This document shows positions 1 through 11,558 of a stretch of DNA of 64,000 nucleotides, piece by piece. The stretch lies in the NCBI RefSeq assembly GCF_044704955.1, contig NC_091980.1:277636001-277700000 (forward strand), given 5' to 3'. The position numbers and the translations under genes are program-made. Source of the stretch: Pristiophorus japonicus (Eukaryota). Within the stretch, counting starts at the first letter, position 1. Every line of letters starts with the position of its first letter. The notes under the pieces were generated by a model. The model saw only the letters and a program-made list of their open reading frames with translations. It did no database searches and was not told where the DNA came from.

Positions 1-541
1 GACAGTGCAGCGCTCCCTAAGCACCGCCCCACCGACAATGTGGCACTCCTTCAATACTACCCCTCCGACAGTGTGGCACTCCCTCAGTACTGCCCCTTCG
101 ACAGTGTGGCGCTCCCTCGGCACTGCCCCTCCGGCAGTGAGGCGCTCTCTCAGTACCGCCCCTCCGACAGTGCGGCGCTCTCTCAGTACTGCCCCTCCAA
201 CAGTGCGGCGCTCCCTCAGTACCGCCTCTCCGACAACGCAGTGCGGCGCTCTCTCAGTACCGCCCCTCCAACTGTGCGGCGCTCCCTCAGTACTGCCCCT
301 CCGACAGTGCAGTGCGGTGCTCCCTTAGTACCGTCCCTCTGGACAGTGCACGCTCCCTCAGTACTGCCCCTCCAACAGTGCGGTGCTCCCTCAGTACCGC
401 CCCTCTGAGATGGTGGCGCTCCCTCAGCACTGCACTCGGAGTGTGAGCCTGGATTTTGTGCTCAAGTCTCTGGAGTAGGATTTGAACCCACGACCTTCTG
501 ACTCTGAGGCGAGAGAACTGCCCACTGAGCCACAGCTGACA
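1..541 (-). repeat. 32/37-bp minisatellite (CAGTGCGGCGCTCCCTCAGTACCGCCCCTCCGA) expanded from inside a tRNA-headed SINE; SINE head at ~425-541
   Basis: Tandem units are visible and run into a reverse tRNA-like head (GGATTTGAACCC is the reverse complement of a B-box). The overlapping ORFs are repeat translations. Confidence 0.85.
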
Positions 542-744
542 CACCTTTACTCCATCATATTTCAAACATTAATTCCAAAGCTTATCTGTTTAAAGACTCT
601 GTTTATTTTGACTTTCCATCAATGTTTCCATTAACACGGAGAACATGAGATTCTCTGATATATACATGGACATGTCTAATTCTGACCTTCTCCTTTCGTT
701 AGCCCATCCCTTGTCCTGTGGGGTGGAGTCACACAATGGTTATG

Positions 745-1188
745 CACACTCGACCAGCTCAGTTGGGCAGGCCACATTGTCCGCATGCTTGACACGAGAC
801 TCACAAAGCAAGCGATCTACTCGGAACTCCTACACGTCAAGCGAGCCCCAGGTGGGCAGAGGAAACATTACAAAGACACCCTCAAAGCCTCCCTGATAAA
901 CCGACACCTGGGAGTCCCTGGCCAAAGACCAGACTGCCCTAAGTGAAGGAAGCGCATCTGGGAGAGCGCAGAGCACCTTGTCTCTCATCGCCGAGAACAT
1001 GCAGAAATCAAGCGAAGGCAGCGGAAAGAGCGTGCGGCAAATCAGTCCCACCCACCCCTTCCCTCAACCATGATCTGTCCCACCTGTGACAGGGACTATA
1101 ATTCCCGCATTGGACTGTTCAGCCAACTGAGAACTCACTGTTAGAGTGGAAGCAAGTCTTCCTCGATTCCTAGCGACTGACGATGATG
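745..1188 (+). mobile_element. RTE-clade LINE 3' fragment
   Basis: Degenerate C-terminal RT region (QLxWAGHIVRM...CPTCDR) ending in GATGATG. Confidence 0.8.
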
Positions 1189-1189
1189 C

Positions 1190-1556
1190 TGGTGGTTATG
1201 TTACTGGGCTAGGAATCCTGAGCTCTGGACTAACGATCCACGGACACAGCGCGGCTGGGGAATTTAAACTCAATTGAACAAATCTGGCAGTAACAAAACT
1301 TGCTGTAAAAACCCATCTGGTTCACTGATGTTTCCTTCAGGGAAGGAAATCTACTGCCCTTACCTGGTCTGGCCGCTATGTGACTCCAGACCCATAGCAA
1401 TGTGTGCGTGACTTGTAACTGCCCTCTGACCTGGCCCAGTGAGTTCCTCAGTTGTATAAAGGTCACCACCGCCTTCTCGAGAGCGATTAGAGGATGGGCA
1501 ATAAATGCCGGCCTTGCTAGCAATGCCCACAGCCTCGGGAACCAATAATAAAAAAA
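1190..1556 (+). mobile_element. SINE-like interspersed repeat
   Basis: Resembles an elasmobranch SINE body and ends AATAAATGCCGG...AATAATAAAAAAA; family not determined. Confidence 0.5.
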
Positions 1557-1682
1557 TATTCCCCTTGACATATTGAAAGCCCCATTTTTAAATGCACCAA
1601 AAATACAGGCAGTGGGTTAAAATATATTTGTGCTCTCCGCTAAAGTCTGCATGAAACACGTTATCGCTTCTAACTCCCAATT

Positions 1683-2380
1683 CATCATAGGCAGTCCCTC
1701 GGAATTGAGGAGGACTTGCTTCCACTCTTAACATGAGTCCTTAGGTGGCCGAACAGTCCAATACGGGAACCAGTCTCTGTCACAGGTGGGACAGATAGTC
1801 ATTGAGGGAAGGGGTGGGTGGGATTGGTTTTCCGCACGCTCTTTCCGCTGCCTGCGCTTGATTTCTGCATGCTCTCGGCGACAAGACTCGAGGTGCTCAG
1901 CACCCTCCCGGATGCACTTCCTCCACTTAGGGCAGACTGGTCTTTGGCCAGGGACTCCCAGGTGTCGGTGGGGATGTTGCACCTTATCAGGGAGGCTTTG
2001 AGGGTGTCCTTGTAACGTTTCCTCTGCCCAACTTTGGCTCGTTTGCCGTGAAGGAGTTCCGAGTAGAGCGCTTGCTTTGGGAGTCTCGTGTCTGGCATGC
2101 GGACAATGTGGCCCGCCCAGCGGAGCTGACCAAGTGTGGTCAGTGCTTCGATGCTGGGGATGTTGGCCTGGTCGAGGCCGCCAATGTTGGTGTGTCTGTC
2201 CTCCCAGGGGATTTGCAGGATCTTGTGGAGACATCGTTGGTGGTATTTCTCCAGCGATTTGAGGTGTCTACTGTACATTGTCCATGTCTCTGAGTCATAC
2301 AGGAGGGTGGGTATTACTACAGCCCTGTAGACCATGAGCTTGGTGGCAGCTTGAGGGCCTGGTCTTCAAACACTCTTTTA
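1683..2380 (-). mobile_element. RTE-clade LINE 3' fragment
   Basis: ORF 1799-2335 MVYRAVVIPTLLYDSETWT...LRWAGHIVRMPDTRLPKQALYSEL is typical RTE RT C-terminus; short (ATG)n tail at the left end. Confidence 0.9.
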
Positions 2381-2437
2381 AACTCCCAGTTAAATCTGCG
2401 ACATTAACGATTGTTTGTAATGGGAGCAAGAGCTTAC

Positions 2438-2551
2438 GGTTGATGACGCAGTGATACAGGATCGTGGTCACCACAGCAGCGCTCAGTCCCAGTATCCCCA
2501 GCACGGCTTCGATGGTGATCAAAGCTTCATTCTGTGCCTTCCTGTTCCGAT
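2438..2551 (-). pseudogene. WB: MHC W-category beta chain (WB) connecting-peptide/transmembrane exon, acceptor apparently mutated
   Basis: (D/N)RNRKAQNEALITIEAVLGILGLSAAVVTTILYHCVIN, a hydrophobic TM with GxxG. Phase 1-1, donor GTAAGC at 2437; the polypyrimidine tract ends in CAA rather than CAG. Same strand as and downstream of the C1-Ig exon at 3.7-3.9 kb. Confidence 0.7.
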
Positions 2552-2639
2552 TTGAAGAAAGCACAGTTACTGGGCTAGCTTTTGACCGCAAGACCGCAAG
2601 TATTGCCGAAGTCCCTGATGATGTAATCTCTAACCTGAT

Positions 2640-3280
2640 AATGTTAGGAAATAGGTGCAGTAGTAGGTCATTCGACCCTTCGAGCCTGCACCGCCATTCA
2701 ATATGATCATGGCTGAATCTCTATCTCAACACCATATTCCTACTATTTCCCCATACCCCTTGATGCCTTTTGTGTCTAGAAATCTATCTCTCTCTCTCTC
2801 AAATATATTCAGTGACTTGGCCTCCACAGCCTTCTGTGGTAGAGAATTTCACAGGTTCACCATCCTCTGAGTGAAAAAATTTCTCCTCATCTCGGTCCTA
2901 AATTTCCTACCTGGTATCCTGAGACTGTGACCCCTTGTTCTAGATTTACCAGCCAGGGGAAACATCCTCCCCACATCCAGTCTATCCAACCCAGTCAGAA
3001 TTTTATACGTTTCAATGAGATCCCCTCTCATTCTTCCAAACTCTAGTGAATACAGGTCTAGTCGATCCAATCTCTCCTCACACGACAGTCCTGCCATCCC
3101 AGGAATCAGTCTGGTGAATCTTCGCTGCACTCCCTCTATGGCAAATATATCCTTCCTTTGGTAAGGAGACCAAAACTGCACACAATACTCCAGGTGCGGT
3201 CTCACCAAGGCCCTGTATAACTCTAGTAAAACATCCTTGCTCCTGTCCTCAAATCCTCGCAATGAAGGACAACATACATT
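2640..3280 (-). mobile_element. CR1 LINE 3' fragment
   Basis: LYRALVRPHLEYCVQFWSP...RGHSLRI...MRRNFFTQRMVNL followed by a CR1 3' UTR. Confidence 0.9.
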
Positions 3281-3430
3281 AGGAAGGCAATGGGATGTTT
3301 TCCCGACTGAAACAGACTGCAAGGTGTATGGAACCCCGAAAAATGTGCTTGCTCCCATCATGCCAAAGGACTCACCACTGACAGAGATTCTAACCAAGGT
3401 AGAACAGCTGTACAGTCCTGAGAAAGTTAT

Positions 3431-3667
3431 TATTTAAATGGGGAGAGATTGCAAAGTGCTGCAGTACAGCGGGATCTGGGAGTACTGGTGCATGAAACAC
3501 AAAAGGTTAGTATGTAGGTACAGCAAATGATCAGGAAGGCCAATGGAATCTTTGCCTTTATTGCAAAGGGGATGGAGTATAAAAGCAGGGAAGTCTTGCT
3601 ACAGCTATACAGGGTATTGGTGAGGCCACACCTGGAGTACTGCATGCAGTTTTGGTCTCCATATTTA
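3431..3667 (+). mobile_element. CR1 LINE internal fragment abutting and truncating the WB beta2 exon
   Basis: LNGERLQSAAVQRDLGVLV...RPHLEYCMQFWSPYL ends exactly where the Ig exon breaks off. Confidence 0.85.
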
Positions 3668-3919
3668 TGTTGATGGCCGTGTGTTCCACTTGACAGGAGG
3701 ATGAATGGTCAGCATCTCCAGCCAAGGGCAGGACACTCCAGGCCTGAAAAGTCCCGTCTCTTTGAGGTACGACTCGCGTCCTGGCTGCTCCGTGGACAGT
3801 CCCTCCCCCATCTCTGACCCACCTCAGGTCAATCTCACGGGGGAAGAAGTTCGTCACCAGACACACCAAATAATCTCGCCCGCCTTTTGTCCGAACAAAG
3901 GCGCGGGTGGAAGTGGGAG
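3668..3919 (-). pseudogene. WB: MHC W-category beta chain (WB) beta2 C1-Ig domain exon, 3'-truncated
   Basis: Acceptor TTTTCACAG at 3920, phase 1. Translation xPTSTRAFVRTKGGRDYLVCLVTNFFPREIDLRWVRDG...VVPQRDGTFQAWSVL...SSCQVEHTAIN is a C1-set domain with the class I alpha3-type P-x-x-DGTFQ. G strand and donor are missing, and YxC reads SSC. Confidence 0.85.
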
Positions 3920-3949
3920 CTGTGAAAACAGACAAAGGCAGACAGCAGG

Positions 3950-6353
3950 TTTTACCATGGGCAGTGTAGAAGGAGCTTTACTCTGTATCTAGCCCCGTGC
4001 TGTACCTGCCCTGAGAGTGTTTGATGGAACAGTGTAGAGGGAACTTTACTCTGTATCTGAAATGTCTGTGAGCTTGAGCTTGTAATGTTTGTAGCTCCAC
4101 ACTATGGATGTGGACGTATTGTGTACTGCAACTACAGAGTTAACAATTAAACAGACCCAGGCATGTTCCGGAGGCTTCCGACAGAGGTACCTGCCATGTT
4201 AGAAAGCTGTGTGTGCTGTGCTCTGTGAATATATCACATTTGGCGACAAGGATGGTATTTTTCGGATGATTTAAAGCTGAAATTTTGTTGGTGAAGGATT
4301 CAGCCAGCCGACAGAGACTTTAGGAGCTTCTCTGACTTTGGAAAAAGCTACAAAATCCGAGGTAAAATACAGCATACTGTATGAACAGCTAGAAATTAAA
4401 ATGGCAGCACTCGCAGGGGTAATGGCACACTTGGGTGAATATAGACGCGACAGGGAACGTTTTAAAGCATATGTCGATCGGCTAGAAATGTATTTCACTG
4501 CAAATAACATAATTGAAGTTCCAGACAAAGCAGTTCAGAATCAGGCAATATGGAACGGAAGCGAGCTATCTTCTTATCTGCAGCTGGACCGGCATTGTAT
4601 GAAACACTGATAAATCTGCTTGTACCTGACGAGCCAAAGGGCATAATGCTTCAAGAGAGTTTAATGAAACTGGAGCAGCACTATAACCCCAAACCATTAG
4701 AAATTGCTGAAAGCTATCGTCTCAGGATACAAAATCAAAAGGCTGATGAAGTTATCAGTGATTACATTGTAGCATTAAAAAAGGCTATCTATTCACTACA
4801 ATTTCAGAAACTTTCAAAACCGAGCATTCGGGATCGTTTTGTTTGTGGGGTGAAAAATGATGTGATCAGAAGAAAGTTATTGATGACGGATGACTTGACT
4901 TTTGAGCTGGCTTGTCAGATAGCGAGGTCGATGGGCTTTGATTTTGTCAGTATATAAATATGATATTGAATACAGATGATCAGCTGATCACAGTAACGCT
5001 GATGCAATGTTTGATTGCCTTCCCCATCACAAGTTACACCGGATAGGGAAGAAGTGTATTATTTTTCATACATCGATGGACTGCCAGTTACAGCTGAAGA
5101 GATTGGTAGAGCAACCAAACATGATGTCAAAGGTGAATGATTATATTGCAAATGGATGGCCAAACCAGGTATGAGTTTAGATTCGACACCATGTTTGGAA
5201 GGTTCTGTTCGAGAGAGAAGGTATCCTCTTCGAAACAGAAAACAAATTGTTAAGTTAAATATGTGAATATGGGAAAAAAATAAGTCTATATGCTGTGTTA
5301 TGTATAATGCAAGTTATGTATGATGCTTGTTATAATAACTTCTTCATTAAGGAGGGAGAAGAGTAATGTCTGTAAGCTTGTAATAGTTGTAGCTCCACAC
5401 TGTGGATGTGGACGTATTCTGTACTGCAACTACAGAGTTAATAATTAACCAGAACCAGGCATGCTCCGGAGGCTTCCGACAGAGCTGTCTGCCATGTTAG
5501 AAAGATGTGTGTGCTGTGCTCTGTGAATATATCACAGTATCTAAACCCGTGCTGTACCTGTCCTGCGAGTGTTTGATGGGAGAGTGTAGAGGGAGCTTTA
5601 CTCTGTTTCTAAACCCGTGCTGTAACTGCCCTGGGAGTGTTTGATGGGACAGTGTAGAGGGAGCATGACTCTGTATCTAACCCCGTGCTGTACCTGCCCT
5701 GGGAGTCTTTGATGGGACAGTGTAGAGCGAGCTTTAATCTGTGTCTAACTCCATGCTGTACCTGCCCTGGGAGTGTTTGATGGGACAGTGTAGTGGGAGC
5801 TTTACTCTATATCTAACCCTGTGCTGTACCTGCCCTGGGAGTGTTTGATGGGGACAGTATAGAGGCAGCTTTATTCTGTACCTAACCCCGTCCGGTATGT
5901 GCCCTGGGAGTGTTTGATGGGGACAGTGTAGAAGGAGCTTTACTCCGCATCTAACCCTGTGCTATACCTGCCCTGGAAGTGTTTGATGGGGACAGTGTAG
6001 AGGGACCTTTACTCTGTATCTAACCCCGTGCTGTACCTGCCCTGGGAGTGTTTGATGGGACAGTGTAGAGGGAGCTTTACTCTGTATCTAACCCGTGCTG
6101 TATCTGCCCTGGGAGTGTTTGATGGGGACAGTGTAGAGGCAGCTTTACTCTGTATCTAACCCCGTGCGGTATGTGCTCTGGGAGTGTTTGATGGGACAGT
6201 GTAGAGGGAGCCATACTCTGTATCTAATCCGTGCTCTTCCTGCCCTGGGAGTGCTTGATGGGGACAGTGTAGAGAGAGCTTTACTCTGTATCTAACCCGT
6301 GCTGTACCTGCCCTGGGAGTATTTGATGGGACAGTGTAGAGGGAGCTTTACTC
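3950..6353. repeat. ~68-bp minisatellite (GGGACAGTGTAGAGGGAGCTTTACTCTGTATCTAACCCCGTGCTGTACCTGCCCTGGGAGTGTTTGAT), interrupted by an LTR element
   Basis: Tandem units at 3950-4057 and 5537-6353. Confidence 0.9.
4058..5536 (+). mobile_element. Internally deleted Gypsy LTR element (1.48 kb; LTRs 4058-4238 and 5362-5536)
   Basis: Direct LTRs ending ATATCACA, 5-bp TSD GTATC, PBS TTTGGCGAC, PPT AAGGAGGGAGAAG, and a gag remnant (FKAYVDRLEMYFTAN...IRDRFVCGVKND). Confidence 0.9.
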
Positions 6354-7242
6354 TGAGTAAAGTCCTGTCCCCTCAGTACAGATTCACACGAGGCATGTAG
6401 TGAAGTCAAGGTCACTCTGGACCTGCACCTTTATTTCACAGCTCTGGAATGCTGCACTTGCCTGAGACCTGTCCTCATATACCTGTCTCTTGCAAGTGCA
6501 CCCCTGGTGGTAAGGTATGCTGGTGGTTACAGGTCATATCTTATTACAATCATGTATAGCATGTTAGGATACAGTTATATATAATAATGTAAGATACATG
6601 ACATCACCCTCCCCCAAGGTCTTATTGTCTTTATAGGTTCAGTCTCTCAGGTGGTCTACGCTCTCGCGTGGAGTGTCTGAGTTGTGGTTCAGTTGTTTGC
6701 CTTGGTGTCTGTGTTTCTTTGGGTTTGGTTGCTGGTATCTCGCCTGGGCTGTCTGTTTCGATTGGTGTGATTGTTATTGACTCGCCTGGGCTGTCTGTTG
6801 GGATTGCCCTTTCCTCAGGTTGTTCCCTCTGTCTGTCCACCAGGTGTGGTGCGAGTTCCACATTGTAGTCTGCCTCTGATACCGCAGTGTTGTTGGTAAA
6901 TCTGCTTTTGACTTGGTCTACATGCCTCCGGCAGGTTTTGCCATTGTCCATTTGTACTACCAGTAGCCTGTTTCCTTCCTTGCCCGTTACTGTCTCTGCA
7001 AGCCATTTGGGACCCCTGCCATAGTTTAGTACAAACACTTTGCCCCCTATCTCATTCCATCTCCTCCTCTAATTTATGTCACAGTAGTCAGTCAGCTTAC
7101 GGCGCTTTGCTTCAACGATTTCGTGCATGTCTGGGAGGATTAATAAGAGCCTTGTTTTTAAAGTCCTTTTCATCAACAGTTGTGCGGGGGGATCCCAGTC
7201 AGTGAGTGCGGATGAGATCTGTATGCCAGCAGCAGCCATGAC
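6354..7242 (-). mobile_element. Gypsy 3' remnant: integrase C-terminus, PPT and 3' LTR (6354-6603)
   Basis: VLNYGRGPKWL...RRHVDQ...RHSTRERRPPERLNL*, PPT GGGGGAGGGTGA, TG...CA LTR. Confidence 0.85.
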
Positions 7243-7371
7243 GGAGTTCCGAGTAGAGCGCTTGCTTTGGCTTTAGCGTTAGCATCGTCGACCAGCCCAA
7301 CATCCCCAGCATCGAAGCACTGACCACACTCGATCAGCTCCGCTGGGTGGGCCATAATGTTCGCATGCCAG

Positions 7372-8765
7372 GTTAGTTTAACATCTGTAGTGGGGAAAAT
7401 GCTTGAAGCTATCATTAAGGAAGAAATAACGGGACATCTAGATAGGAATAGTGCAATCAAGCAGACGCAACATGATTCATGAAGGGGAAATCATGTTTAA
7501 CTAATTTACTGGAATTCTTTGAGGATATAACGAGCATGGTGGATAGAGGTGTACTGATGGATGTGGTGTATTTAGATTTCCAAAAGGCATTCGATACGGT
7601 GCCACACAAAAGGTTACTGCAGAAGATAAAGGTACGCGGAGTCAGAGGAAATGTATTAGCATGGATCGAGAATTGGCTGGCTAACAGAAAGCAGAGAGTC
7701 GGGATAAATGGGTCCTTTTCGGGTTGGAAATCGGTGGTTAGTGGTGTGCCACAGAGATCGGTGCTGGGACCACAACTGTTTACAATATACATAGATGACC
7801 TGGAAGAGGGGACAGAGTGTACTGTAACAACATTTGCAGATGACACAAAGATTAGTGGGAAAGCGGGTTGTGTAGAGGACACAGAGAGACTACAAAGAGA
7901 TTTAGATAGGTTAAGCGAATGGGCTAAGGTTTGGCAGATGGAATACAATGTCGGAAAATGTGAGGTCATCCATCTTGGAAAAAAAAACAGTAAAAGGGAA
8001 TATTATTTGAATGGGGAGAAATTACAACATGCTGCAGTGCAGAGGGACCTGGGGGTCCTTGTGCATGAATCCCAAAATGTTAGTTTGCAGGTACAGCAGG
8101 TAATCAGGAAGGCAAATGGAATGTTGGCCTTCATTGCGAGAGGGATGGAGTACAAAAGCAGGGAGGTCTTGCTGCAACTGTACAGGGGAGGCCGCACCTG
8201 GAGTACTGCGTGCAGTTTTGTTCACCTTACTTAAGGAAGGATATACTGGCTTTGGAGGGAGTACAGAGAAGATTCACTAGGCTGATTCCGGAGATGAGGG
8301 GGTTACCTTATGATGATAGATTGAGTAGACTGGGTCTCTATCGATGGAGTTCAGAAGGATGAGGGGTGATCTTATGGAAACATTTAAAATAATGAAAGGG
8401 ATAGACAAGATAGAGGCAGAGAGGTTGTTTCCACTGGTCGGGGAGACTAGAACTAGGGAGGCACAGCCTCAAAATACGGGGGAGCCAATTTAAAACTGAG
8501 TTGAGAAGGAATTTCTTCTCCCAGAGGGTTGTGAATCTGTGGAATTCTCTGCCCAGGGAAGCAGTTGAGGCTAGCTCATTGAATGTATTCAAATCACAGA
8601 TAGATAGATTTTTAACCAATAAGGGAATTAAGGGTTACGGGGAGCAGGCGGGTAAGTGGAGTTGAGTCCATGGCCAGATCAGCCATGATCTTGTTGAGTG
8701 GCGGAGCAGGCTCGAGGGGCTAGATGGCCTACTCATGTTCCTAATTCTTATGTTCTTATGTTCTT
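7372..8765 (+). mobile_element. 5'-truncated CR1 LINE inserted in an RTE fragment
   Basis: RT ORF 7479-8234 (YLDFQKAFDTVPH, GVPQRSVLGP, FADD), (TGTTCTTA)n tail, TSD ATGCCAG at 7365-7371 and 8766-8772. Confidence 0.92.
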
Positions 8766-9120
8766 ATGCCAGACATGAGACTCCCAAAGCAATTGGGTAT
8801 CCATATCAAGAAAGGATGGACAGTCTGGGTCTCTTTTCTCTTGAAAAAGAGAAGGCTGAGGGGTGACCTAATAGAGGTCGTAAAATTATGAAAGGTTTTG
8901 ATCGAGTGGATACAGAAAGAATATTTTCACTTGTGGGGAAGAGCATAACTGGAGGCCATCAATATAAGATCGTCATCAAGAAACCCAATGGGGAATTCAG
9001 GAGAAACTTCTTTACCCAGAGAGTGGTGAGAATGTGGAACTCGCTGCCACAGGGAGTGGTTGAGGTGAAAAATATTGATGCATTTAAGGGGAGGCTGGAC
9101 AAGCATATGAAGGAAAAAGG

Positions 9121-9391
9121 TGTAATATATTTGTTTTGTGGGTTCTTTGCTTAAGAATTCATAGCAATATATTGCTATTAAGAACTTGTTGGTTTATTAA
9201 CGAAAGTTTAACAATCACACCACACATTAATAGTTCATCCACCAGGCTCACGACTGTATACCTCATAATGGATCCCCCAAATCAACTGGCCGGGGTTTCA
9301 TTGAGTCCTGTGAACATCATGTGACTGGCTAAGCCCCTCCCAATGCAACAGCTACCCAGACCGTGAGCATGCTCACCGGTGTGTACATTAC
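9121..9391 (-). mobile_element. Solo LTR within a CR1 fragment (second copy at ~11888-12154)
   Basis: TGTAAT...ATTACA termini; it interrupts the same CR1 position in both duplicated copies. Confidence 0.7.
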
Positions 9392-9890
9392 AGAGGGAAT
9401 AGAGGGTTGATGCGTACACGTAAATAACTGACAAACTGAAATGTAACTTAACTGAACTGTGCTTTTATACAACCCAAAATGGTGCCTCCCCCCCCCAAAC
9501 CAGCATGAACCAGCATGAGTACAGCAGCTGCGAATGGCTCCCGCAGGGTCCTAATGTCCGTCCCGTAAACTGCCACAAATAAATAGATTATGAACACAAG
9601 ATAGATTTGGATGAGGAAAGACGGGAGGAGGCTCAAATGGAGCATAAACGGCAGCAAGGACTGGTTGGGCCGAATGACCTGTTTCTGTGCTGTATATCCT
9701 ATGTCATCATCATCATAGGCAATCCCTCGAACGAGGATGACTTGCTTCCACATGAGTTCACAAATGTTTCAATGAAGGGCCCGATGTTCCAGTTCTGAAC
9801 TCCAATTGAGGGCGTGGAAGATGCCTGTGCGTGGATTTTTTTAACGTGGGTGGCTGTTGCACACCAGCCATCACACGGGCTTGAGAGAGC

Positions 9891-10285
9891 TCATCATCAT
9901 AGGCAGTCCCTTGGAATCGAGGAAGACTTGCTTCCACTCTTAACATAAGTTCTCAGGTGACAGAACAATCCAATACGAGAACCACAGTCCCTGTCACAGG
10001 TGGGGCAGACAGTGTTGGAGGGAAAGGGAGGGTGGGACAGGCTTGCCGCACACTCCTTCCGCTGCCTGCGCTTGATTTCTGCATGCTCTCGGCGATGAGA
10101 CTTGAAGTGCTCAGTGCCCTCCCGGATGCACTTCCTCCACTTAGGCCAGGTCTTTGGCCAGGGTCTCCCAGGTGTCGGTGGGAATGTTGCACTTTATCAG
10201 GGAGGTTTTGAGTGTGTCCTTGTAACGTTTCTGCTGCCCTCCTGGGGCTCGCTTGCCGTGATGGAGCTAGGGGTAGAGCACTTGG
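9891..10285 (-). mobile_element. RTE LINE 3' fragment
   Basis: CATCATCATAGGCAGTCC 3' end plus the RT C-terminal region. Confidence 0.8.
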
Positions 10286-10764
10286 GCTTGCGGATGATGT
10301 GTGGGAATATCGGAGCGGTAGGGAGGGAGGGGGAAGAGGGGGAGTTTGACTTCTCTGCTCCTGTGCAGGAGTTTGGGTCAGAGGATAGGTCTTGGCGGGC
10401 CTCCCACCCTGCAGGAACCTGCAACTTTAAAGTCATTGGTCGGAGGATTACAGCACATCCAAGTATTGTTCAAATGTGGTGAGGGTTTCTGCCTCTACCA
10501 CCCTTTCAGGCAGCGAGTTCCTCCCCAGACCCCCACTGCACTCTGGGTGAAGACATTTCCCCTCAAATCCCCTCTAAACCTCCCCTCAATTACTTTCAAT
10601 TTCTGCCCCCTGGTTTTTGACTCCTCTGCTAAGGGAAACAGATCCATCCTATCCAATCTATCCAGGCCCTTCATCAATGAAATCTCCCCTCAGCCTCCTC
10701 TGTCCCAAAGAAAACAACCTCAGCCTCTCCAATTTTTCCTCATCGCTAAAATTCTCCAGTCCCG

Positions 10765-11025
10765 GCAACATCCTGGTAAATCTCCTTTGCACCCTGTCCA
10801 GTGCAACATCCTGGTAAATCTCCTCTGTACCCTCTCTAGTGCAACATCCTGGTAAATCTCCTCTTTACCCTCTCTAGTGCAACATCCTGGTAAATCTCCT
10901 GTGCACCCTTTCTAGTGCAACATCCTGGTAAATCTCCTCTGTACCCTCTCTAGTGCAACATCCTGGTAAATCTCCTCTTTACCCTCTCTAGTGCAATATC
11001 CTGGTAAATCTCCTCTGCATCCTCT
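10765..11025. repeat. 38-bp minisatellite derived from CR1 ORF2 (AACATCCTGGTAAATCTCCTCTGTACCCTCTCTAGTGC)
   Basis: About 6-7 tandem units, contiguous with the reverse CR1 fragment at ~10440-10765. Confidence 0.85.
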
Positions 11026-11044
11026 AATATAAATGCAATTGGGT

Positions 11045-11558
11045 CATCATCATCATAGGCAGTCCCTCGGAATCGAGGAAGACGTGCTTCCACTCTAAAA
11101 ATGAGTCCTTAGGTGACTGAACAGTGCAATACGAGAGCCACAGTCCCTGTCACAGGTGGGACAAACAGTGGTTGAGGGAAGGGGTTTGCTGCACGCTCCT
11201 TCCGCTGCCTGCGCTTGATTTCTGTATGCTCGCGGCAATGAGACTCGAAGTGTTCAGCGCCCTTCCGGATGCACTTCCTCCACTTAGGGCGGACTGGTCT
11301 TTGGCCAGTGACTCCCAGGTGTCGGTGGGGATATTGCACTTTATCAGGGAGGCTTTGAGGGTGTCCTTGTAACATTTCCTCTGCCCACCTTTGGCTCGTT
11401 TGTCGTGAAGGAGTTCCAAGTTGAGCGCTTGCTTTGGCTTTAGCGTTCGCGTCCTCAACCAGGCCAACATCCCCAGCATCGAAGCACTGACCACACTCGA
11501 TCAGCTCTACTGGGTGGGCCACATTGTTCACATGCCAGTCATGAGACTCCCAAAGCAA
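11045..11558 (-). mobile_element. RTE LINE insertion with an inverted 5' segment and 10-bp TSD GCAATTGGGT
   Basis: 3' part on - (11045-~11437), the adjacent upstream RTE segment on + (~11438-11558); TSD at 11035-11044 and 11555-11564. Confidence 0.85.

Noticed and set aside
425-541. tRNA gene
   Set aside because: The tRNA-like A/B boxes belong to a SINE head; no complete cloverleaf is evident.
5-565. Repetitive ORFs (RRSLSTAPPTV)n here and at 21.9-22.3 kb and 35.2-36.5 kb
   Set aside because: Translations of a SINE-derived minisatellite that is open in several frames on both strands.
3281-3428. Short unique-looking coding stretch near the WB exons
   Set aside because: KNVLAPIMPKDSPLTEILTKVEQLYSP resembles Gypsy gag, not the missing WB G strand.
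3668-3919. Ig/TCR constant exon or class I heavy-chain alpha3
   Set aside because: No V/J segments or alpha1/alpha2 exons are seen, and the head-to-head partner and Gly-containing TM fit WB better. Class I cannot be excluded on this exon alone.
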